Below are positions 40,981 to 52,135 of a DNA stretch of 64,000 nucleotides, in pieces (positions within the stretch are counted from its first letter, which is position 1; the number at the start of each line of letters is the position of its first letter). This stretch comes from Candidatus Eiseniibacteriota bacterium. GTDB lineage: Bacteria; Eisenbacteria; RBG-16-71-46. The position numbers and the translations under genes are program-made. The notes beneath the pieces are model-generated. The model was not told the origin of the DNA. It saw only the letters and a list, made by a program, of their open reading frames with translations, and made no database searches. The stretch lies in NCBI GenBank assembly GCA_031364845.1, contig JANLWX010000028.1, positions 59,652 to 123,651 of the forward strand. Direction: 5' to 3'.

Positions 40981-42167
40981 ACCCCGACACCACGACCGTC
41001 TCCGCGGGCTACGCCTTCGATCTGTCGGAGGATCAGCTCGCCGTGCGCGAGATGGTGCGCGCGTTTGCGGAGGAGGAGATCCGCCCGATCGCCTCCGAGA
41101 TCGACGAGACGCACGAGTTCCCGCTCGAGACCACACGCAAGATGGCGGAGCTGGGACTGCTCGGAATGTTCGTTCCCGAGCAATGGGGCGGTGCCGGGAT
41201 GGACGTGCTGTCGTACGTGATCGCGGTCGAGGAGCTGTCGCGCGTGTGCGCGAGCCACGGTGTGATCTGCTCGGTCAACAACTCGCTCGTGTGCTACCCG
41301 ATCCTCGAGTACGGCACCGACGAGCAGAAGCGGAAGTATCTGATTCCGCTGGCCAAGGGTGAACGGCTCGGAGCCTACTGTCTGACCGAGCCCAACGCCG
41401 GCAGCAACGCGGCGAACCAGCAGACCACGGCGGTCAAAGACGGTGACGACTTCGTGCTCAACGGGACGAAGATGTTCATCACCACCGCGGGGCCCGCCGA
41501 GATCCTGGTCGTCTACGCCGCGAGCGATCGCGCGCTGGGGTCCAAGGGGATCTCGGCGTTCATCGTCGAGGCGGACACGCCGGGCGTGCGCAAGGGCAAG
41601 AAGGAGAAGAAGCTCGGCATCCACGCGTCCGACACGCGCGAGATCGCGTTCGAGAACGTGCGCGTGCCCGGGGCCAACATGCTGGGTGAGCTCAACAAGG
41701 GCTACTCGGTGGCGCTCGCCACGCTCGGCGGCGGACGCATCGGCATCGCGGCCCAGGCGCTCGGCATCGCGCAGGCGTCGCTCGAGGCCGCGGTCAAGTA
41801 CGCGAACGAGCGCACGCAGTTCGACCGCAAGATCGGCGAGTTCGACGCGATCCGCGCGATCCTCGCGGACTCGGCGATCGAGGTCGACACCGCGCGCATG
41901 CTGGTGTATCAGGCGGCATGGCTGCGCGACCGCGGGCGCCCGCACACGAAGGAGGCGTCGCTCGCCAAGTGGCACGCGAGCGAGGCTGCGACGCGCTGTG
42001 CGAACGGCGCGATTCAGGTGCATGGCGGCTACGGCTATCTGTCCGAGTTCCATGTCGAGCGCTACTGGCGCGACGCGCGGATCTGCGAGATCTACGAAGG
42101 CACGACCGAAGTGCAGAAGATGGTGGTGGCCGGGCAGGTGCTGAAGGAGCACGCGATCGGTAAGTGA
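40977..42167 (+). CDS. Acyl-CoA dehydrogenase (butyryl-CoA type)
   Basis: [28 protein letters not shown]. Confidence 0.93.
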   Translation: MNPDTTTVSAGYAFDLSEDQLAVREMVRAFAEEEIRPIASEIDETHEFPLETTRKMAELGLLGMFVPEQWGGAGMDVLSYVIAVEELSRVCASHGVICSVNNSLVCYPILEYGTDEQKRKYLIPLAKGERLGAYCLTEPNAGSNAANQQTTAVKDGDDFVLNGTKMFITTAGPAEILVVYAASDRALGSKGISAFIVEADTPGVRKGKKEKKLGIHASDTREIAFENVRVPGANMLGELNKGYSVALATLGGGRIGIAAQALGIAQASLEAAVKYANERTQFDRKIGEFDAIRAILADSAIEVDTARMLVYQAAWLRDRGRPHTKEASLAKWHASEAATRCANGAIQVHGGYGYLSEFHVERYWRDARICEIYEGTTEVQKMVVAGQVLKEHAIGK

Positions 42168-42242
42168 CCTCGCGCCGGATGCAAGGCGCGGATGAAGCGG
42201 CAGACACGTCCACGAAGACGCAGCGAACCGTACGGAGGCGAC

Positions 42243-42626
42243 ATGACGAGACCCGTCCGACCCATCGCGCTGGTGATCCTCACCGCGTGCATGATCTATC
42301 CCGGCATCACGCTCCTGTTCCAGGGGCTCTATCCGTTCGTCACCGGCGAATACTTCATGCTGGTCGGCCAGTACGGCTTCGTGATGGACATGGCCGCGAA
42401 GATGGGTCTGCCGCCGATCGTGGCGCTCGGACTCAAGGCTGCGGTCGGTCTCGCGTGGGCGCTCGGCGTGCTCGGTCTGTGGGCCGGCGACTGGCGCGCG
42501 TATCCGCTGGTGCTGCTCGCCGCGGTCGGCTCGCTGCTCCATCCGGTGGGCCCGATGGTGATGGGCGTGGTCGGACTCATCGCGCTGCTCGGATTCCGTG
42601 AGAACGCGGAGGAAGTCGCGGCCTAG
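42243..42626 (+). CDS. Small hypothetical multi-TM membrane protein
   Basis: GGAGG RBS; about 4 hydrophobic segments. Confidence 0.7.
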   Translation: MTRPVRPIALVILTACMIYPGITLLFQGLYPFVTGEYFMLVGQYGFVMDMAAKMGLPPIVALGLKAAVGLAWALGVLGLWAGDWRAYPLVLLAAVGSLLHPVGPMVMGVVGLIALLGFRENAEEVAA

Positions 42627-42664
42627 GCGATCGCGCTTCGCGCGTTCGCCCGGTCGCTTTCGCC

Positions 42665-43816
42665 ATGCAACTCGACCTGTCCGAAGACCAGATCCAGATC
42701 CGCGACGCCGTGCGCGAGCTGTGCGAACGCGAGTTCGCGCCGCATGCCGCCGCATGGGACCGCGATGCCGAGGTCCCGCCTTCGGCGGTCGCGACGCTCG
42801 CGGCCAACGGCTTCCTCGGGATGGCAATCCCCGAGGAGTGGGGCGGGGTCGGCTACGACGCGCGCACGATCATGATCGTGCTGGAAGAGATCGCGCGCAC
42901 TTCGGCGGCCCTCGCGATCATGATCGCGGTCCACAATTCGGTCGGTGCCGCGCCGGTGTTCCGGTTCGGGACCGACGCACAGCGTAAACGCTTCCTGCCG
43001 CGGCTCGTGTCGGCGGAGCTCGCGGCGTTCTCGCTGTCGGAGCCGGGCGCGGGGTCGGACGCCGGCGCGATCGAGGCGACCGCAGTGCGCGACGGCGACC
43101 ACTATGTGCTGAACGGCACGAAGAACTGGGTGACGAACGGCATGCGGGCCGGGATCTACCTGATCTTCGCGCGCACCAACCGCACGCCCGGCACCGATGG
43201 CCTGACCGCGTTCATCGTCGAACGCGGAACACCGGGTGTGGTGATCGGCAAGGCCGAGGACAAGATGGGACTGCGCGGATCGGACACCGTGGCGCTGATC
43301 CTCGAGGGCGCGCGCGTCCCGGTCGACCAGCGGCTCGGCTGTGAAGGTGAAGGATTCCGGCTCGCGATGTCGATGCTCGACGCAGGGCGGATCGGTGTGG
43401 CCGCGCAGGCGCTGGGCGTGATGCGCGGCGCGTTCGACGAGGCCGTGCGCTACGCGCAGCAGCGGAGTGCGTTCGGCGCCCCGCTCGCAAAGATCCAGAG
43501 CGTGCAGTTCAAGCTCGCCGAGATGGAGCGCCGCATCCAGTGCGCGCGGCTCCTGATCCAGCGCGCGGCGTGGCTGCGGGACATGGACCGGCCTTACCGC
43601 CGCGAGGCGTCGATGGCCAAGCTCTACGCGAGCGAGGCCGCGACCTGGGTGACGCATCAGGCGATCCAGGTGCACGGCGGCTACGGCTACGTGAAGGAGT
43701 ACCCGGTCGAACGCTACTACCGCGACGCACGCGTGATGGAGATCTACGAAGGCGCGAGCGAGATCCAGCGTCTCGTGATCGCGCGCTCCTTGCTGAAGGA
43801 CGGCGTTCGCACCTGA
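42665..43816 (+). CDS. Acyl-CoA dehydrogenase
   Basis: [29 protein letters not shown]. Confidence 0.93.
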   Translation: MQLDLSEDQIQIRDAVRELCEREFAPHAAAWDRDAEVPPSAVATLAANGFLGMAIPEEWGGVGYDARTIMIVLEEIARTSAALAIMIAVHNSVGAAPVFRFGTDAQRKRFLPRLVSAELAAFSLSEPGAGSDAGAIEATAVRDGDHYVLNGTKNWVTNGMRAGIYLIFARTNRTPGTDGLTAFIVERGTPGVVIGKAEDKMGLRGSDTVALILEGARVPVDQRLGCEGEGFRLAMSMLDAGRIGVAAQALGVMRGAFDEAVRYAQQRSAFGAPLAKIQSVQFKLAEMERRIQCARLLIQRAAWLRDMDRPYRREASMAKLYASEAATWVTHQAIQVHGGYGYVKEYPVERYYRDARVMEIYEGASEIQRLVIARSLLKDGVRT

Positions 43817-43924
43817 TCCGCTTCGCCCCGAGGCGTTCGCGGGCCGCATCGGAACTCTCCGCGGTATCTGCTACGATTTCCGGCGCCGCATGACCCTGAC
43901 CCTCCGCACGCTTCGAGGAGTTCC

Positions 43925-45049
43925 ATGTCGAAAGTCGCCGTTCTGCGCACCACGCCCGAAACCGTCGTCCAGGACTACGCGCGGCTCATGGATCTCGCGG
44001 GATATCGCGAGGCCATCAAGTTCGACGCCCAGACCTGCCTGCGTATCAACATCTCGTGGCACGTCTACATGCCGGCATGCTCGACCACGCCATGGCAGAT
44101 GGACGGAGTCATCGGGAAGCTGAAGGCCGACGGCTACGATGTCTCGCGCGACCTGATCGCCGCACAGAACGACACCGTGGTCGTGAGTTGCCGCGAAGGC
44201 ACGGTGGCGAACAATCTCGCGCCGGTGCTCCAGCACTACAACGTGCCGATCCAGTACCTGAGCGAGCCGCCGACCGAGTGGGTCACGTACCAGCCCAAGA
44301 GCAAGATGCTGGTGCTCGACAAGGTGTTCGAGAAGCAGGGCATCCAGATCCCGAAGATGCTGATGGGGAAGAACGTCATCCATCTCCCGACGGTGAAGAC
44401 GCACGTGTTCACCGGAACCACGGGCTCGATGAAGAACGCGTTCGGCGGGCTGCTGAATCTCAACCGCCACTGGACGCACTCGGTGATCCACGAAACGCTG
44501 GTCGATCTCCTGCGAATCCAGAAAGAGATCCATCCCGGCGTGTTTGCGGTGATGGACGGAACCATCGCGGGCGAAGGTCCGGGTCCGCGCGCGATGCGGC
44601 CGCACGTGAAGAACTACATCCTCGCCTCGGACGACTGCGTGGCGCTCGACGCGACGGCGGCGAAGATGATGGGCTTCGATCCGATGACCGATCTCAAGTT
44701 CATCAGGCTCGCGCACGAGAGCGGACTCGGCGTCGGGCGTCCTGAGGAGATCGAGATCGTGGGCGACGACATCCGCGACGTGAACTTCGGATTCCGCGGC
44801 TCGCTCAACGAGAACACGTTCGCCTCGTGGGGCCAGAAGCTCATCTACTGGGGTCCGCTCAAACCGCTCGAGAACATGCTGCTGCGCTCGCCGATCGTAC
44901 CGTGGAGCTTCGCGGCCTCGCGCCTGTACCACGACGGATACTGGTATCCGGTGAACGGCCGCCCGCGCGCGGCGGAGATCTTGAAGACCGGATGGGGGAA
45001 GTTGTTCGAGAAGTATGGAGAGCGTAAAGCGTGGTCAGGCGGAGCCTGA
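43925..45049 (+). CDS. DUF362 domain protein
   Basis: GAGGAG RBS; HLPTVKTH, GSMKNAFG, DGTIAGEGPGP, D.VALD. Confidence 0.8.
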   Translation: MSKVAVLRTTPETVVQDYARLMDLAGYREAIKFDAQTCLRINISWHVYMPACSTTPWQMDGVIGKLKADGYDVSRDLIAAQNDTVVVSCREGTVANNLAPVLQHYNVPIQYLSEPPTEWVTYQPKSKMLVLDKVFEKQGIQIPKMLMGKNVIHLPTVKTHVFTGTTGSMKNAFGGLLNLNRHWTHSVIHETLVDLLRIQKEIHPGVFAVMDGTIAGEGPGPRAMRPHVKNYILASDDCVALDATAAKMMGFDPMTDLKFIRLAHESGLGVGRPEEIEIVGDDIRDVNFGFRGSLNENTFASWGQKLIYWGPLKPLENMLLRSPIVPWSFAASRLYHDGYWYPVNGRPRAAEILKTGWGKLFEKYGERKAWSGGA

Positions 45050-45069
45050 CCACGCACTGTTGGAAATAG

Positions 45070-45106
45070 AAGAGGCCGGCCTCCGTGATGGAAGTCGGCC
45101 TCTTTT
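45070..45106 (+). terminator. Intrinsic terminator between convergent genes, possibly bidirectional
   Basis: AAGAGGCCGGCCTCC-GTGAT-GGAAGTCGGCCTCTT followed by T residues. Confidence 0.75.
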
Positions 45107-45150
45107 GTCTTAGGCGGCAAGAGACTGCGATCGGAGCCTGGCGGCTCCGA

Positions 45151-45741
45151 TCACGACTGCTTCCCGAAAATCCCGCCCAGCCCCCGCGCCATGTCGTCGA
45201 GTACCGAACCGTCCTGGTTCTGGTCGAGCATCTTGGTCGCGAAACCCATGAGGTCCGGCGAACTCTGCGTCTGCTGCTGCTGCGCTTCGCCGAGCATCGA
45301 GCTGAGCCCGCCCGAGTCGAGTCCCTGCTTGCGCTGCTGGCGGCCGAGGTAGGCGAGTACCACCGGTGCCAGCATCATGAGCAGCTGCGTGACCTGCTGC
45401 GCGTTCAATCCGCTGCCGCGTGAGATCGCCTGGGTCGCGGCCGGATTGCGATCGCCGAGCACGTGCCGAAGGATTCCCGCACCCGGACCGTTCTGGGAAT
45501 TGCCGAGGAATCCCGAGAGGTTGTCGAGCAGGCTGCCGTCGTGATCACGACCGATCGCCTGATGCAACGCGTCGGCGCCGCCGGGCGCCTGGGCATTGCG
45601 CGACAGGGCCGACAGCAACACCGGCAGCGCCATCGAGATCGCGCTCGCCGTGGCACCGGGATCCGCGCCGATCTGGCGGCTGATGTCGTTGGTCGTTCCG
45701 GGGCTCAGCGTGTTCATGAGGTCGTCCATCAATCCGGGCAT
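45151..45741 (-). CDS. DUF937 family protein
   Basis: AAGGAG RBS; HDGSLLD, ILRHVLG, MLDQNQDGSVLDD. Confidence 0.8.
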   Translation of the reverse strand: MPGLMDDLMNTLSPGTTNDISRQIGADPGATASAISMALPVLLSALSRNAQAPGGADALHQAIGRDHDGSLLDNLSGFLGNSQNGPGAGILRHVLGDRNPAATQAISRGSGLNAQQVTQLLMMLAPVVLAYLGRQQRKQGLDSGGLSSMLGEAQQQQTQSSPDLMGFATKMLDQNQDGSVLDDMARGLGGIFGKQS

Positions 45742-45766
45742 GTGTGGCTCCTTGTGTGGGTGAGAG

Positions 45767-46384
45767 TCAGCGATGGGCGAGTACGGCGCAGTGGTGATGC
45801 GGCCACGGCAGATGCCGGCAGCGCCACGCGTTGAGAAAGTGGTCGAGCGGAATCACGGCGGTGGCGGCGTTCCCGAGCACGACGCGCGCGTCCTCGATGC
45901 GGAGCGCGATTGCCCAGTGCGCCGACCACGCGCGGTGCCCGAGCGCGCCGTCGTCGACGCACACCGGCACCGGGATGCCGAGTGCGAGGTGTTCGGTGAG
46001 CCGTTCCATCGCGCGGGCCACTCCGCGCGCGAACGGTCCTGAGTGCGACACTTCCGTGCGCAGTCCGAAATGTCTGAGTGCCGCGGCGATGCGGTGAGCA
46101 CTGGTGCCGAGGCCGAGCGGCACATCGGGTGGAAAGTCGGCGCGCACCTGGTCGATCGCATCACCGTCGGTGAGGTGTTCGGCGGTCGCGAACGGGCCTG
46201 CCTTGAAGTGGAAGAGCACCGACGCCGCGGCGGCCTGGCCGCAGGTGTTGTGATCCACCTCGGGCCGCGCGTTGTGGATCACGCGCGGCAGGGTGCCGGC
46301 GGAAAACACGGTGGGCCAGGCGGGGACCGGCATGAGCGCTACGGTTCGCGGGCGGCGCGCTTCGAGCAGCCGGGATGGACTCAT
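45767..46384 (-). CDS. Peptidase C39-like (papain-fold) hypothetical protein
   Basis: NTCGQAAAA, GTS, HWAIAL, LGN; start uncertain. Confidence 0.55.
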   Translation of the reverse strand: MSPSRLLEARRPRTVALMPVPAWPTVFSAGTLPRVIHNARPEVDHNTCGQAAAASVLFHFKAGPFATAEHLTDGDAIDQVRADFPPDVPLGLGTSAHRIAAALRHFGLRTEVSHSGPFARGVARAMERLTEHLALGIPVPVCVDDGALGHRAWSAHWAIALRIEDARVVLGNAATAVIPLDHFLNAWRCRHLPWPHHHCAVLAHR

Positions 46385-46403
46385 CGTGGCCTGCGCGAAG
46401 GGC

Positions 46404-46850
46404 TCAGGACTTGGCGGGTGGTCCGGGCCGGGTCTGACACAGTTCGATCAACACTCCTCCGAGGCTCTTCGGGTGCAGGAACGCGACTTCGGATCCGTGA
46501 GCGCCCGCCCGCGGAGTCTCGTCGATCAGCCGCACTCCGGCGTTACGACAGCGCGCCAGCAGCGCGGGCAGATCCTTCGCCTCGAGGCTCACATGATGCA
46601 GCCCGGGGCCGCGGGCGTCGAGGAATTTCGCGACCGTATGATCGGGCGAGCGGGGCTCGAGCAACTCGATCGTGACCGGGCCGAGATGGACGAACACCAC
46701 CCGCAAGGTGCCGCCGTCGAGAAGTTCCTCTGCCCCGCGGACTGCGCCGAGTGCGGCGACCAGCGTCGCTGCCAGCGGGTCGGCTTCGCGCACGGCGATC
46801 GCGACATGGGACAGCGCGACGACTCCTGTGGTTTCGGGGTTCGGGTTCAT
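46404..46850 (-). CDS. mce: Methylmalonyl-CoA epimerase (VOC family)
   Basis: [31 protein letters not shown]; next to mutase. Confidence 0.92.
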   Translation of the reverse strand: MNPNPETTGVVALSHVAIAVREADPLAATLVAALGAVRGAEELLDGGTLRVVFVHLGPVTIELLEPRSPDHTVAKFLDARGPGLHHVSLEAKDLPALLARCRNAGVRLIDETPRAGAHGSEVAFLHPKSLGGVLIELCQTRPGPPAKS

Positions 46851-48526
46851 GACGCATGCCCCGGATGATGGACGCCGAACACCCCTCGCAACGTGTCGCA
46901 CACTTCGCCGAGCGTGGCGTGGGATTTCAACGCGGCGAGCACGCGCGGGACCAGATTGTCGCTGCCGCGGGCGGCGCGTTCGAGTTCGTCCAGAGCCCGC
47001 TGCACGGCGCTCGCGTCGCGGTCGCCGCGCCATTGCGCGAGGAAAGCGATGCGGTCCGCCTCGATGCCGGGATCGGGCCGGAATGGCGGCGGTGGTGCCG
47101 CAGCACCGTCGGCGTAACGGTTCACGCCGACCACAACGCGCACGCCGGATTCGACTTCGCGATGCCATTGATACGCCGCCTCGTGGATCTGTTCCTGAAC
47201 GAAGCCCGACTTGATCGCCGCCAGCATGCCGCCCTGCGCGTCGATGCGATCGATCATCTCGAGCGCCCGCGTGCCGAGCTCGGCGGTGAGGTGCTCGACG
47301 AAGTACGAACCCGCGAGCGGGTCGACGGTGTCGGTCACGCCGCTCTCGTGGGCGAGGATCTGCTGCGTGCGCAGCGCCAGCGTCACGGCGTCCTTGCCCG
47401 GCAGGCCGAGTGCCTCGTCGTAGCCGTTCGTGTGCAGCGACTGCGTGCCGCCGAGCACCGCCGCCAGCGCCTGCACGGTGACGCGCACGACGTTGTTGAG
47501 CGGTTGCTGTGCCGTGAGCATCGAGCCTGCGGTCTGCGTGTGAAAGCGCAACTTGAGCGCTTCGGGGTCGGTGATGCGGAAGCGCTTCACCAGCAACCCG
47601 GCCCACAGCTGACGCGCGGAGCGGAACTTCGCGACCTCCTCGAACAGGTGGTTGTGAGCGTTGAAGAAGAACGACATGCGCTTGGCGATCGGGGTCGGAT
47701 CGAGGCCGCGATCGCGCGCGGCTTCGAGGTAGGCGATGCCATTGCCGAGCGTGAACGCCAGCTCCTGCACCGCCGTCGCCCCTGCTTCGCGCATGTGGTA
47801 GCCGCTCACCGAGATCGTGTTCCACTGCGGCACTTCGCGCGTCGCGAACTCGAACACGTCGGTCACGAGCCGCAGCGACGCCTCCGGCGGATAGATGTAC
47901 GTCCCGCGCGCGGCGTACTCCTTGAGCACGTCGTTCTGGATCGTTCCGCCCAGCTTCGCGCGCGGCACCCCGCGCGCATCCGCGACCGCGATGTAGAGCG
48001 CGAGCAGCAGCGGGGCCGTGGCGTTGATGGTCATCGATGTGGTGATGCGCTCGAGCGGCAGTGCGTCGAGCAGTTGGTCCATGTCGGCGAGACACGAGAT
48101 CGCCACACCGGCCTTTCCGACCTCGCCGCGCGCGCGCGCGTGATCGGAATCGAGGCCCATCTGCGTCGGCAGATCGAAGGCGACCGAGAGTCCGGTCTGT
48201 CCCTGGGCCAGCAGATAGCGAAAGCGTTCGTTGGTCTCGCGCGCGGTGTTGAAGCCGGCGTACTGCCGCATGGTCCACAGCCGCGAGCGGTACATCGACG
48301 GATGGATGCCGCGCGTGTAGGGCGGTGTTCCGGGTGGCGGAGTCACGCGTGCGAGGTCGCGCGGAAGGTCTTCTTCGTAGTGGACCGGCGGGATGACGAC
48401 GCCCGAAGTCGTCATGCGTGGCGGCACTTCGGGCTGCGGTGACGAAGGCCTGCCGCGCCGCGGTGCCGGCGAAGCACGGCGCGGGGGCGCGGCTTTCGCG
48501 GCGGACTGGCGAGCTTTGCGCTTCAT
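46847..48526 (-). CDS. Methylmalonyl-CoA mutase large (substrate-binding) subunit
   Basis: [40 protein letters not shown] overlaps upstream stop; no B12 domain. Confidence 0.92.
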   Translation of the reverse strand: MKRKARQSAAKAAPPRRASPAPRRGRPSSPQPEVPPRMTTSGVVIPPVHYEEDLPRDLARVTPPPGTPPYTRGIHPSMYRSRLWTMRQYAGFNTARETNERFRYLLAQGQTGLSVAFDLPTQMGLDSDHARARGEVGKAGVAISCLADMDQLLDALPLERITTSMTINATAPLLLALYIAVADARGVPRAKLGGTIQNDVLKEYAARGTYIYPPEASLRLVTDVFEFATREVPQWNTISVSGYHMREAGATAVQELAFTLGNGIAYLEAARDRGLDPTPIAKRMSFFFNAHNHLFEEVAKFRSARQLWAGLLVKRFRITDPEALKLRFHTQTAGSMLTAQQPLNNVVRVTVQALAAVLGGTQSLHTNGYDEALGLPGKDAVTLALRTQQILAHESGVTDTVDPLAGSYFVEHLTAELGTRALEMIDRIDAQGGMLAAIKSGFVQEQIHEAAYQWHREVESGVRVVVGVNRYADGAAAPPPPFRPDPGIEADRIAFLAQWRGDRDASAVQRALDELERAARGSDNLVPRVLAALKSHATLGEVCDTLRGVFGVHHPGHAS

Positions 48527-49065
48527 GCGACCGCCGGCTTCGCCGCGTCCGGCATCGGTGCCGCCTTGAGCTTGAGCAACGGCTGTCCCGCCGCGACCGA
48601 CGCCCGCTCCGCCGCCAGTACTTCGGTGACCACGCCGCCGTGGCGCGCCATCAACTCGTTCTGCATCTTCATTGCCTCGACCACGACCACCGCCTGGCCC
48701 GGAACGACGAGGTCGCCGGGCTTCACGCGATACGCCACCACCACGCCCGGCATCGGCGCGACGATCGTCTCGCCGGTTCCCGCACCCGAAGCGCGAGTGA
48801 GACCTTTGAGCACCTTCTCGATCGGATTGCGGACCTCGACCGGAAACGTGATCCCGCGCAACGAGACCTCGAGCTGGTCGCGTACGGTCGACACCCGCAC
48901 TTCGTGCGAATGGCCGTTCACGAGAAGCGAATAGACTTCGCCGTCGGGCAGCGGATGGAAATCCGCTTCGAGCGTCTTGCCGTCGACTTCGATCCACACC
49001 TTGTCGGCCTCGGAGCGGAATTCGACTTCGGCATCGCGGCCCTCGAGCGAGATCCAGAATTTCAT
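48523..49065 (-). CDS. Biotin carboxyl carrier protein
   Basis: APMPG and EAMKM biotinylation motif. Confidence 0.92.
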   Translation of the reverse strand: MKFWISLEGRDAEVEFRSEADKVWIEVDGKTLEADFHPLPDGEVYSLLVNGHSHEVRVSTVRDQLEVSLRGITFPVEVRNPIEKVLKGLTRASGAGTGETIVAPMPGVVVAYRVKPGDLVVPGQAVVVVEAMKMQNELMARHGGVVTEVLAAERASVAAGQPLLKLKAAPMPDAAKPAVA

Positions 49066-50567
49066 CGGGACCTGCCGGACGAGCGATCGGCCCAGCGCCA
49101 CGCGGAGCGCACATCGCCCGGCGCGTTCGGGAGCGCGACACGCTGGCTCTCGCCGCGCGCATGAAGGGCGGCCGTGATGAGTGCGAGGTCGAGCGCTTCG
49201 GCGCCGGGGGCGAGCATCGACGACTGGAAGTGCTCGTCGAGAAACCGCGTGCTGAGCCGGCCGGCCGCGAACTCCGGATGCGCCGCCAGCCAGCGATGGA
49301 ACGCGATGTTGTTGCGCACGCCTTCGAGCACGAATTCGTCGAGCGCGCGCAACAGCCGGCGGCGCGCCTGCTCGCGATCGGCGCCCCACACGACCAGCTT
49401 CGACAACAGCGAGTCGTAGAACACCGGCACTTCGTAGCCGCGATAGATGCCGGCGTCGTTGCGCACCCCCGGACCCTGCGGCAGCCGCACGCGCTCGATG
49501 CGTCCGGCGGAAGGCATGAAGTTCATCGCGGGATCCTCGGCGATGATCCGGGCTTCCATCGACCACCCGCGTGGCGCCGGAGGATCGCCGCCGCCCAGCA
49601 GCGATTCGCCTTCGGCGATGAGAATCTGCTCGCGCACGAGATCGATGCCGGTCACCATCTCGGTCACCGGATGCTCGACCTGCAGACGCGTGTTCACCTC
49701 GAGGAAGTAGTACTCGCCGCGCTCATCGGCGATGAATTCCACCGTGCCCGCGTTGAGGTAGCCGACGTGCGCCGCGATGCGGCACGCGGCTTCGCCGAGC
49801 GATGCGCGCTGCGCGGGATCGAGCGCCGGTGACGGTGTCTCCTCGAGCAGTTTCTGGTGGCGTCGCTGCACCGAGCACTCGCGCTCGCCGAGGCACACCA
49901 CGCGTCCGCTCGAATCCGCGAGGATCTGCGCCTCGATGTGGCGCGGCCGCTGGATCGCGCGCTCGATGAACACCCGATCGTCGCCGAACGCGGCCTGCGA
50001 CTCGCCACGGGTGAGTGACCACGCGGCCTCGAGTTCGGTTTCGCTGCCGACGATCCGCATGCCCTTGCCGCCGCCGCCCGCGACCGCCTTGAGCATGAGC
50101 GGAAATCCGATCTCGCGTCCGAGCACTTTCGCCTCGTCGAGCGATTCGACCGGGCCCTCTGAGCCCGGAACTAGCGGGAGTCCCGCCGCGCGCGCCGCCG
50201 ATCGCGCCGCGAGCTTGTCACCGAGTGCCGCGATCGTCTCGGGACGCGGTCCGATGAAGACGATGCCGGCTGCTGCGCACGCGCGAGCGAACGCTTCGTT
50301 CTCGGCGAAGAATCCGTAGCCCGGATGGATCGCATCGGCACGCACGCGCTTCGCGGTTTCGATCACGCGATCGAGGTTGAGGTAGCTGTCGCGCGACGGC
50401 CCGGCGCCGATCGGATACGCCTCGTCCGCCATCAGCACATGGAGTGCCGTGCGGTCGGGCTCGCTGAACACGGCGATCGAAGTGATGTCCATTTCGCGCA
50501 GCGTGCGGATCACGCGCACCGCGATCTCGCCGCGGTTGGCGATCAGGACGCGCCGGAGGCGGGCCAT
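49062..50567 (-). CDS. Acyl-CoA carboxylase biotin carboxylase subunit
   Basis: [46 protein letters not shown]. Confidence 0.95.
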   Translation of the reverse strand: MARLRRVLIANRGEIAVRVIRTLREMDITSIAVFSEPDRTALHVLMADEAYPIGAGPSRDSYLNLDRVIETAKRVRADAIHPGYGFFAENEAFARACAAAGIVFIGPRPETIAALGDKLAARSAARAAGLPLVPGSEGPVESLDEAKVLGREIGFPLMLKAVAGGGGKGMRIVGSETELEAAWSLTRGESQAAFGDDRVFIERAIQRPRHIEAQILADSSGRVVCLGERECSVQRRHQKLLEETPSPALDPAQRASLGEAACRIAAHVGYLNAGTVEFIADERGEYYFLEVNTRLQVEHPVTEMVTGIDLVREQILIAEGESLLGGGDPPAPRGWSMEARIIAEDPAMNFMPSAGRIERVRLPQGPGVRNDAGIYRGYEVPVFYDSLLSKLVVWGADREQARRRLLRALDEFVLEGVRNNIAFHRWLAAHPEFAAGRLSTRFLDEHFQSSMLAPGAEALDLALITAALHARGESQRVALPNAPGDVRSAWRWADRSSGRSR

Positions 50568-50731
50568 GGACGGAACTCCCGGGGCGCAGCACCCGCAGGT
50601 CGCGGAGCAGCCCATCTCGTTCGGGGTGGCAGGCGCCGGGAGCGAAGCCCGGACATCGACGTTCGAATGGGACAGATACCGCAATCGCCGTGGATCGCCA
50701 ACCCGGCGCGCGAACGTGTAATCTGCCCGCC

Positions 50732-51019
50732 ATGGCTGACGCGCCCAACATCACCGTCTACCTTCCGGGCCCGCTGCGGGTGTATTGCGGCGGTGCGTCC
50801 GAGATCCCGCTGTCCGCCGCGACGGTGGGGGCCGCGCTCGATCAGCTCGAGCGTCAGTACGAACCCCTGCACCGAAACATCCGTGACGAAGCGGGTGCCG
50901 TGCGGCGCCACCTCGGCATCTTCGTGAATTCCGACCACGTACGTGATCTAAAGGGGCTCGACACCGTGCTCGCCCCCGGAGACGTCGTCACGATCCTTCC
51001 CGCAGTCTCAGGAGGCTGA
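50732..51019 (+). CDS. MoaD/ThiS family ubiquitin-like protein
   Basis: 95 aa, IFVN, GDVVTILPAVSGG C-terminal di-Gly. Confidence 0.9.
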   Translation: MADAPNITVYLPGPLRVYCGGASEIPLSAATVGAALDQLERQYEPLHRNIRDEAGAVRRHLGIFVNSDHVRDLKGLDTVLAPGDVVTILPAVSGG

Positions 51020-51022
51020 ACC

Positions 51023-52135
51023 ATGGCGGACCGTGTCATTCTCTCGATCGGAACCCGTAAGGGCCTGTTCATCGCCGAAGGTGGGAAAGGGCGGCGTAAG
51101 TTCGATCTGCGCGGCCCGTTCGGCCCCGGTGTCGCGGTGTACTCGACGCTGATCGACACGCGTGGGACACCGCGCATCTATGCTTCGAGCTGCAATCCGT
51201 TCTTCGGCATGAAGGTGCTGCGCTCGACCGATCTCGGGAAGAAGTTCAAAGAGACCGCATCGGGCCCGACGTTTCCCAAGGACGACGGACGCGCGCTCGC
51301 GAACATCTGGTCGCTCGAAGCGGGTGAGAACAAGAAAGAACTGCTGTGCGGCGTCGAGCCGGCCTCGCTGTTCCGCAGCCGCGACGGCGGCGACTCGTGG
51401 GAGATGATCCCCGGGATCAGCAACCACGAGCACGCGCGCAAGTGGCAGCCCGGCAACGGCGGGCTCTGCATGCACACGATCATTCGTGATGGAAAGCGTG
51501 TTCACCTCGGCATCTCGACCGGCGGCCACTACATGAGCGAGGACGGCGGCGAGACCTTCGAAGCGTCGAACGCGGGCGTCGGCGCCGGGTTCGTGCCCGA
51601 TCCCTATCCCGAATACGGCCAGTGCGTGCACAAGATGGCGCGTCACGACGATGCACCCGGCCGGCTCTACATGCAGAACCACGGCGGCTGGTCGGAGTGG
51701 TCCGGTCCCGGCGGCCCGCGCCCCGGCATCGGCGTGCTGCGCAGCGACGATCACGGCAAGACGTGGCGCTCGATCGCGAAGGGATTGCCGAGCGACTTCG
51801 GATTCCCGATCGTCGTTCATCCGCACGACCCCGACACCGTGTATGTGATGCCGCTCGAGCCGATGACGCGCACCTGTCCCGGCGGCCAGCCGGCCGTGTG
51901 GCGCAGCGAGAACGGCGGAGATTCATGGAGCCGACTCACGAAAGGACTGCCGAAGAAGACCAGCTACTTCACGGTCCAGCGCGACGGCATGGATACCGAT
52001 CGGATGAAGTCGCCCGCGCTCTACTTCGGCACAACGACCGGTCAGCTGTGGATCGGGCGCGACGGGGGCGACGAGTGGGACTGCCTGTTCGATTCGCTGC
52101 CGCCGATTCATTGCGTGAAGGTCGGAGTTGTATGA
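51023..52135 (+). CDS. BNR/Asp-box repeat beta-propeller (sialidase-like) protein
   Basis: IGTRKGLF; six S/G-x-D/N-x-G-x-x-W/F Asp boxes. Confidence 0.85.
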   Translation: MADRVILSIGTRKGLFIAEGGKGRRKFDLRGPFGPGVAVYSTLIDTRGTPRIYASSCNPFFGMKVLRSTDLGKKFKETASGPTFPKDDGRALANIWSLEAGENKKELLCGVEPASLFRSRDGGDSWEMIPGISNHEHARKWQPGNGGLCMHTIIRDGKRVHLGISTGGHYMSEDGGETFEASNAGVGAGFVPDPYPEYGQCVHKMARHDDAPGRLYMQNHGGWSEWSGPGGPRPGIGVLRSDDHGKTWRSIAKGLPSDFGFPIVVHPHDPDTVYVMPLEPMTRTCPGGQPAVWRSENGGDSWSRLTKGLPKKTSYFTVQRDGMDTDRMKSPALYFGTTTGQLWIGRDGGDEWDCLFDSLPPIHCVKVGVV

